Source of the DNA: the human T2T-CHM13v2.0 reference genome, Homo sapiens
Reading direction: 5' to 3' (one strand)
DNA: 64,000 nt
NCBI RefSeq assembly: GCF_009914755.1
Contig: NC_060935.1
Shown here: in pieces, positions 56,801-64,000 of the stretch
Position numbering within the stretch: the first letter of the stretch is position 1
Layout of the letters: the number at the start of each line of letters is the position of its first letter
Notes under the pieces: generated by a model
Told to the model about the DNA's origin: nothing
What the model saw: the letters and a program-made list of their open reading frames with translations, nothing else
The model's database searches: none
Translations under genes and position numbers: made by a program

Positions 56801-59033
56801 AAATGCAAAAGAACTCAAATCATAATGAACAGTCTCTCAGACCACACTGCAATCAAATTAGAACTCAGGATTAAGAAACTCACTGAAAACCACACAACTA
56901 CATGAAAATTGAACAACCTTCTTCTGTATGATTCCTGGGTAAATGATGAAATTAAAGCAGAAACCAAAAAGTTCTTTCAAACCAATGAGGATAAAGAGAC
57001 AACATACCAGAATCTCTAGGACACAACTAAAGAAGTGTTAAGAGGGAAATTTATAGCACTGAATGCCCACATCAGAAAGCTATGAAGATCTCAAATTGAC
57101 AGCATAACTAAAAGAACTAGAGAAGCAAGAGCAAACAAATCCAAAAGCTAGCAGAGGTCAAGAAATAACTAAGATCAGAGCAGATCTGAAGGAGATACAC
57201 ACAAGAAAAACTCTTAAAAAAATCAATGAATCCAGGAGCTGTTTTTTTGAAAAAAATTAACAAAGTAGATAGATTGCTAGCCAGACTAATAAAGAAGAGA
57301 GAGGAATCAAATAGACACAATAAAAAATGATAAAGGGGATATCACCACTGACCCCACAGAAATAGAAACTACTATCAGAGAATACTATAAACACCTCTAT
57401 GCAAATAAACTAGAAAATCTAGAAGAAATGGATAAATTCTTGGACACATACACCCTCCCAAGATTAAACGAGGAAGAAGTTGGACCCCTGAATAGGCCAA
57501 AAACTCTCAATAAACTAGATATTGATGAAATATATTTCAAAATAATAAGAGTTATTTATGACAAACCCTCAGCCAATATCATACTGAACATAGCTAGAGG
57601 CATCACGCTACCTGACTTCAAACTATACTACAAGGCTACAGTAATCAAAACAGCACAGTACTGGTACCAAAACAGACATATAGACCAACGGAACAGAACA
57701 GACACCTCAGAAATAATGCGACACATCTACAGCCATCCGAACTTTGACAAACCTAACAAAAACAAGCAATAGGGAAAGGATTCACTATTTCATAAATGGT
57801 GCTGGGAAAACTGGCTAGCCATATGCAGAAAACTGAAACTGGGCCCCTTATTTACACCTTATACAAAAATTAACTCAAGATGGATTAAAGACCTAAATGT
57901 AAAACCCAAAACTGTAAAAACCCTAGAAGAAAACCTAGGTAATACCATTCAGGACATAGACATAGGCAAAAATTTCATGATGAAAACACCAAAAGCAATT
58001 GCAACAAAAGCTAAGATTGACAAATGGGATCTAATTAAGCTAAAGAGCTTCTGCACAACAAAAGAAACTATCATCAGAGTGAACAGGCAACCTACAGAAT
58101 GGGAGAAAATTTTTGCGAACCAGGCATCCAACAAAGGTCTAATATCCAACATCTCTAAGAAACTTAAACAAATTTACAAGAAAATAACAACCCCATCAAA
58201 AAGTGGGCAAAGGATATGAACAGACACTTCTCAAAGAAGACATTTATGTGACCAACAAACATATGAAAAAAAGCTCAACGTCACTGATCACAAATCAAAA
58301 CCACAATGAGATACCATCTCATGCCAGTCAGAATGGCAATTATTAACACGTGAAGAAACAATAGATGCTGGCGAGGCTGTGGAGAAATAGGAATGGTTTT
58401 ACGCTGTTGGTGGGAATGTAAATTAGTTCAACCACTGTGGAGGACAGTGTGGCAATCCCTCAAGGATCTAGGACCAGAAATGCCATTTGACCCAGCCATC
58501 CCATTACTGAGTATATACCCAAAGGAATATAAATCATTCTACTATACAGACACATGCACATGTATGTTTATTGCAACACTATTTACAATAGCAAAGACAT
58601 GGAACCAACCCAAATGCCCATCAATGACAGACTGGATAAAGAATATTTGGCACATATACACCATGGAATACTATGCAGCCATTAAACGGAATGAGATCAT
58701 GTCCTTTGCAGGGACATGGATAAAGCTCTAAGCCATCATCCTCAGCAAACTAACACAGGAACAGAAAACCAAACACCGCATGTTCTCACTCATAAGTGGG
58801 AGGTGAGCAATGAGAACACATGGACACAGGGAGGGGAACAAAACACACCAGGGCCTGTCAGGGGGTGGGGGGCGAGGGGAAGGAGAGCATCAGGACACAT
58901 AGCTAATGTATGCGGGGCTTAAAACCTAGATGATGGGTTGATAGCAAACCACCATGGCACACCTATACCTATGTAACAAACCTGCACATTCATGCACATG
59001 TATCCTGGAACTTAAAGTAAAATAAAAAAAAAA
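53813..59033 (+). mobile_element. Full-span L1PA8-10-type LINE-1 with two internal ORF2 deletions
   Basis: 5' ggccaagatggccaactagaagcagc; ORF1 remnants at 55077-55865; ORF2 start MTGSNSHITILTLNVN at ~56170; poly-A tail; 13-bp TSD aaaactaagaatt at 53787-53799 and 59034-59046. Confidence 0.93.
56167..58731 (+). pseudogene. Disrupted, internally deleted L1 ORF2
   Basis: Endonuclease fragments (56167-56905), fused post-deletion fragment (57428-57772) and C-terminal fragments (57977-58731), with stops between them. Confidence 0.88.
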
Positions 59034-60268
59034 AAAACTAAGAATTTCTGCACAAAAGTAAAACTACAAGCTACAAACTTGGAGAAAATATTTGAAACAC
59101 ATATAGCTAACAAAAGATTAGTTTTAAAAATATATAAAGCACTTCTAAAATAAGAAAAAACTCAATAGAAAAAATAGGCAAAAGCCACAAAGAAGCATTT
59201 CATAGAACAAGAAACACATACAACTAATAAATCTATAATTAGATGCTCACCTCACCAATAATCATGAAGAGGCATTTCATCACCATGAAATGCAAGTTTA
59301 CACCCATGTGATTAACAAATCCAAGAGGTTTGACAAAACCAAATGTTGGAAATCAACAGGGTCTCAAACATATTGCTGGGGGGAAACTGGAAAACAATTT
59401 GGCATTATCTATTAAAGCTGAACGCTGGCATACACACGAAATCTATTTGATGTATTCCCTATTTCTCTAGGTATACACCCAAGAGAAAATTTAGTACATG
59501 TATGCCAGGAGACACATATACCAAGAATAATCATAGTTGAACTTGCCAAAATAGCAAAAAGCTAAAACCAACCTAACTACCTTTTGAAAGGAGAATGCAT
59601 AAATAAATAATAGTGTAGTCATAAAATGGAATATTCCACAGCATAAAGACAAAAGAGATACAGCTGGACTCTTTCACTTGGGTGAATCAAAGCAGCATCA
59701 TGTTGAATGAAAAGAAGCAAATCACAGAAGACTGCATATACAACATGATACACTTTTTAAAAAATTTGAAAACTAAGCAAAATTAAAACAAAACTAAGCA
59801 AAACTGAAAAATATACAACTTAGGTACACACATTCCTGTTAAAAAAAAAACCTTTTAAAAGAGGCAAGGAAATGCTAAGCATAATATTCAAGAAATATTT
59901 ATCTCTAGGGAGAAGATGGAAAGTAGAAAACACACAGGGAGCTATAAGTTATTGAATATTCTGTTCTTGGTTTGGACAGTGGGTTCTAAGTGTTTATTAT
60001 GTTATTTAGTGTATATACATAAAGTAAAAGAAAAGATGGCTTTCAATGGATCAGTGGAGATAATGTGCCATGAATGGGTGTAAACGGGCGATAATGTGCC
60101 CTGAATAGTTCATTTTGATTAATCTAATTCTGTGAACCAAAGAGCCAGTCAGTCAATAAATAAGAAATCCCGGATCCCTCACATGCTAATTTTATGAAAT
60201 TTTCTTGACTATGGGGAAATAAAAACCATAGACTATTATGAGGATTAACTGAAAGAGAAATGGGAGCT

Positions 60269-60538
60269 GTTTTGTATCAGCTTTATTGGGATATAATTCA
60301 CATCCCATACAATTCACCCATTTACAGTGTATATAATTCAGTGGTTTTCATATGGAGTTGTGCAACCATTACCGCCATCAATTTTAGAACACTTTCATCA
60401 CTCCACAAAGAAACCCTGTACCCATCAGGAGTCATTTCCTATACTCCCCAACCCCCAACCACCAATCTATGTCTTTATAGATTTGCCTACTCTGCACACT
60501 TCATAGAAATGGAATCATAGAATATGTGGTCTTTTGTG
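60269..60538 (-). mobile_element. L1MB-type 3' end, short insertion
   Basis: cagctttattgggatataattcacatcccatacaattcacccattt...aatggaatcatagaatatgtggtcttttgtga; 9-bp TSD atgggagct. Confidence 0.85.
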
Positions 60539-61097
60539 ATGGGAGCTAATATTTTTATTATCTTTTCCTAGGGCAGAAGTTACTAGAGTATGGTGATGTG
60601 AATCTCTACTGGCCTACAAATATCTGCAGCTTAGCTGCCCATATAAATGTTAGCTGTAGTTGTAACCATCAAAATCATTTTGTAAATGATTAAGCACTGT
60701 CTATTATCTAGACACTGCAGTACACTGTCTTAGTTTTTTACACAAGTCTAACGACGCACTATCAAGCAGGCATAGAGAAGCCAGACAACTTGGTCAAGGT
60801 CACATGGGTACTTCAAAACAGGGGTTTATACCCAGGTATGTCTGGATTGAGAATCAAGGATCTTAATCACTACCTGATAATGTCTCTACATACGATGAAA
60901 AGCTATTCCCATTTTTTTTTTTTTTTTGTGGAGGGGGGTGCTAATTAGCTAAATTTGTATATGCTTTTTATTGTTGTTTCTGTCAAAGTTAATTTGCAGT
61001 TTTCATTGCAATCAAGTAGGGTTAATGGCTTGAGTTATTCTTTGCCCGGCTAAAGTTATCCAATATTTAATCTTTTTTTTTTCCTAGAAAAACTTAC

Positions 61098-61331
61098 CTG
61101 TGGGAAGAGTAGCAATTATCACTCAAGAGAAATGTGCCAATGAATGAGTAGCACATTGTTGACTTAAGGGTTAGTAAAACATAAAGAGCTCCCTAAGTCC
61201 TTAATTATTGGTGTTCAGTTAAGGATGCACCTGCCTGTTCTGAGGTTCCTGTGGGTATAAGGTCAGAGTAACAGGAGCTGTTATTTTATGGGCATTGGGA
61301 CAGACTTTCTCTGAGTGTCTAGCAGTGGTCA
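61098..61331 (-). other. Candidate 234-nt non-coding exon
   Basis: Minus-strand acceptor tctttttcatctgtcatttatttcccatatgcag| and perfect donor CAG|GTAAGT. Confidence 0.35.
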
Positions 61332-62724
61332 CTGCATATGGGAAATAAATGACAGATGAAAAAGACATGAGGTTGGGGAAACAGTTAAACCTAATCTGAT
61401 TTAGTTTAACACATGGAAATTTCAGAATTTCTATAAAGGAGGGCTCAGTGTTTTTCTTGGAAGAGGGCACTCAGGAGGGTAATTTTGTGCTAGTTTTACA
61501 AAGCAGAGAACTCTGTTTTGTTGATTATACATTTATCTGGAAAAAGGGTTGTTGCTTTTGGAACATATACATTCCCACAGAAAGACATAAAATTCATGGC
61601 CCCTTCTTCCCTATTTAGCCTCAAGGGAGCTTAACATGACCTGATTAAGCAAGGAAAGTCATCAAACTTTCTTGGACAGCTCAGAAATCCCTGGGGTTGA
61701 GTTGAGTTTTAGGTGAAGGGTTCACAATGGTGTTAAACCAGTTTGCCCCATCTCATCACTGTCTACACTTGACAAGACTGCTGTTTGCACTACACTCACA
61801 CTGACAGCCAGGACACAAGTATTCATGCTTGAGACCCAAAAGAGAAACACCTGGCTATGACTACCTGCAACTATATAGTTTCTTTTTTTATTAAATAGCT
61901 GCATGATCTATTTCCAGGGGAGCAGGAACTTCCAGTGGAGCCCAGGCTGTAAGGGCGTACCTCTCTGCCCTCGTCTCCTGGCCTCCTTCCCACCATCTAA
62001 CAGCAGGGTTCCAGGTTTTCCCTCTTTTCTGAGCACCTAGGATTCCTTCCTCCCCTCCCTGCCCCCATCCCTCCAATGCAAAAAGGCAAAATAAAGCATA
62101 GAGTTTTGTGCCAGCTTCATCCCAAAGTGGTACAGTGATTCTCAGTCTGCCCCAAAAGCCAATTACAGGGAAGAGGGGCCTGAATTCTTACTTAATCAGG
62201 GAAATATTGCTTCCACTCAGAAAAAATGAAATCAGCTTAGTAGGGGAGAAAACTCTTTCTAAGTTGGCTAGTCCCTGACAATAAGAGAAAATCACTAGTG
62301 GCTGGTATGTACCTATGTCTGTAGAAGGCCTAAGTTGCCTCAGTTTATTCTTACCCAGCACAGGATGGGCTGGTGATTGGATGGTAACTTAAAGTCATAA
62401 AGATGAGGGACATGAAAGAGCTATGTTAAATCTAGGATGACCCAGATTCTTCCCAAAACTCACTAGAACATAAGCTCTGTCAGATCAGGGGTTTCTGTTG
62501 CTTGCAACTGCCAAGGCTTTCAACAAATTATTAAATGAATGTGTGAAAGCCAAAGTGGATGGATGATGTGGGTCACTGACAAGCCTGTCTCCATCTGCGG
62601 ATAGAATTTCTAGCAAAGGGAAGAGCGGAGAGGTCAGCCCCTCTCACCCTACCCCTAGGGATGTTGCTATGCCCATCACACCAGCACCAAGCCCCTTCAT
62701 TCCCTGGCAGTATTGCTAATAATA

Positions 62725-62920
62725 CTAATTATTCTATGCCAGGTGATTGACACTCATATTAAAGCTAAACTTCACAATAACACGGTGAGGTAGGTGTCAG
62801 CATTCTCATTTTATAGATAAGGAAACTGAAGTTCACAGAGGTTAAGTAACTCGCTCCTCATCTCAGTGAAACAGCCAAGTAGGAATTTTAATATAGACCT
62901 GACTGACCTCAAAGCTCACT
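62725..62920 (-). mobile_element. MIR
   Basis: cttcacaataacacggtgaggtagg...ctcattttatagataaggaaactgaagttcacagaggttaagtaact. Confidence 0.85.
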
Positions 62921-63099
62921 GTAGATTATCAGGATGTGAAGGGATGGGTGATATCTACTTGTGTGTTATAATGCAGAGGTTCTAAAAGGACACCATGTGC
63001 CTCCTATGAGGAAAAGCCATCCCCAGTCAACTCCAACACAAGTCAACCATTTCCATCTTAATGTTATTATTTAGAGGATTGATGTTATTGGTTACTATT

Positions 63100-63480
63100 G
63101 TGTCCTATCGGAATTCAACTAAAGTTTGTAATACATTTGGATGGGTTCTCACTGATTTATATATAGTGCGAGGCATAGATACCCCATCTTCCGCAAGAAT
63201 GAAAGCCATGTCTTTTAAGAGATGCAGGCTCTATTATACTTGGAAAAACATTAGCCATCATTTGAATATTCATAGAAAGACCAAGAACCTGGCACTAATC
63301 TCCAGACACTTAAACACCATTTAAATAGTTCCTTGATGCAACATTCTTACTGGTTAAGTATTATAAACAATTGTGAATCGTATTGTGCCTACCATAGAAG
63401 TGATGTCACTTCACCATAAAAATCACAAGATTACATTATTACACACAAATCAGACATTCTCAATGATTTATGTAGCCAAA
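63100..63480 (+). mobile_element. Possible very ancient RTE/L4-type LINE ORF remnant
   Basis: Weak peptide resemblance to the post-RT region of RTE-clade LINEs (FGWVLTD...GID...RMKAMSFKR...W...TK; CESY). Confidence 0.3.
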
Positions 63481-63819
63481 TGCCAGACTTCTAGAAAAGA
63501 GCTGATGTGGCACTGTAGACAGGCATCTAGTATGATATGGTTAGGAGTCTCCTTGGTCTGCTAAAGTCTGCAGAAGATATTGAAGTAAAAATGACCACAT
63601 CTGTCACCATTAAGTAAAGGACAGAAGGCAGAACTGGGATGGGGGCTCACGGACAAGGGCTAATGGAAAGAAAATGAAAACCACCTTTTCTCAATCTCCT
63701 CTCCTGGCCTTGGACTAAGCTCCCAAAATATGTGGCAATGGCCTCCATAGTTTCTTACGTAACCAATTAACAAGTCAAGTCAATTTTTAAACAACTGACT
63801 TGCACATTTTCCTCTATCT

Positions 63820-64000
63820 CTCTGATCACCTTTCTAACAAAATTCCTCAAAAGAGTTGTTGATATGGACTATCTCTCATTTCTCTTCTCCAGTTCTGTCT
63901 AGAACCTTTCAAACTGCCCTTGACAAGGCCACCAGTGACCTCTGTGCTGCCAGATTCTGTGGTTGGTTCTCCAATCCTTGACCTTTCAGCCACATTTGAC
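63820..64000 (+). mobile_element. L2 ORF2 fragment, runs off the window end
   Basis: aaactgcccttgacaaggccaccagtgacctc...ccttgacctttcagccacatttgac (L2 RT ETAL.KVTNDL...LDLSAAFD-like). Confidence 0.75.

Larger units (their letters stand above)
53555..60160 (+). mobile_element. Old L1M (L1ME/MC-like) 3' portion in two pieces (~53555-53799 and 59034-~60160), split by the L1PA8-type element
   Basis: aaaatcaattccaaatggattaaga...aaactaagaatt|tctgcac...; continues to an L1ME-type 3' UTR. Confidence 0.7.

Overview
This is mammalian (primate, human-like) non-coding genomic DNA, not prokaryotic. It contains AluJ/S/Y SINEs, primate L1PA elements, MaLR/ERV LTRs and ancient MIR/L2/hAT fragments. I could not support any intact protein-coding gene, RNA gene or CRISPR array. 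All ORFs in the track are L1 or Alu remnants, translations of repeats, or chance ORFs. Positions ~2.45-26.6 kb are an almost continuous stack of nested transposons. (i) A full-length MSTB MaLR carries an AluSc and an internally deleted ERV1 provirus. (ii) An old L1ME is split by a full-length MSTD/MLT1A-type MaLR (holding a solo ERV1 LTR), a near-full-length L1PA16-type element (holding an MLT2A1 LTR with an AT-rich palindromic minisatellite), an AluJ and a hAT MITE. From 27-53 kb the sequence is MIR/L2-rich with unique stretches, a G-rich 24-bp minisatellite and an Alu whose internal ~228 bp is tandemly quadruplicated. A full-span L1PA8-type element with two frame-preserving ORF2 deletions lies at 53.8-59.0 kb, and a well-formed candidate minus-strand non-coding exon at 61.1-61.3 kb. 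I found no convincing new biological system; the most unusual structures are repeat rearrangements. Subfamily names come from memory of consensus sequences and need RepeatMasker/Dfam confirmation.
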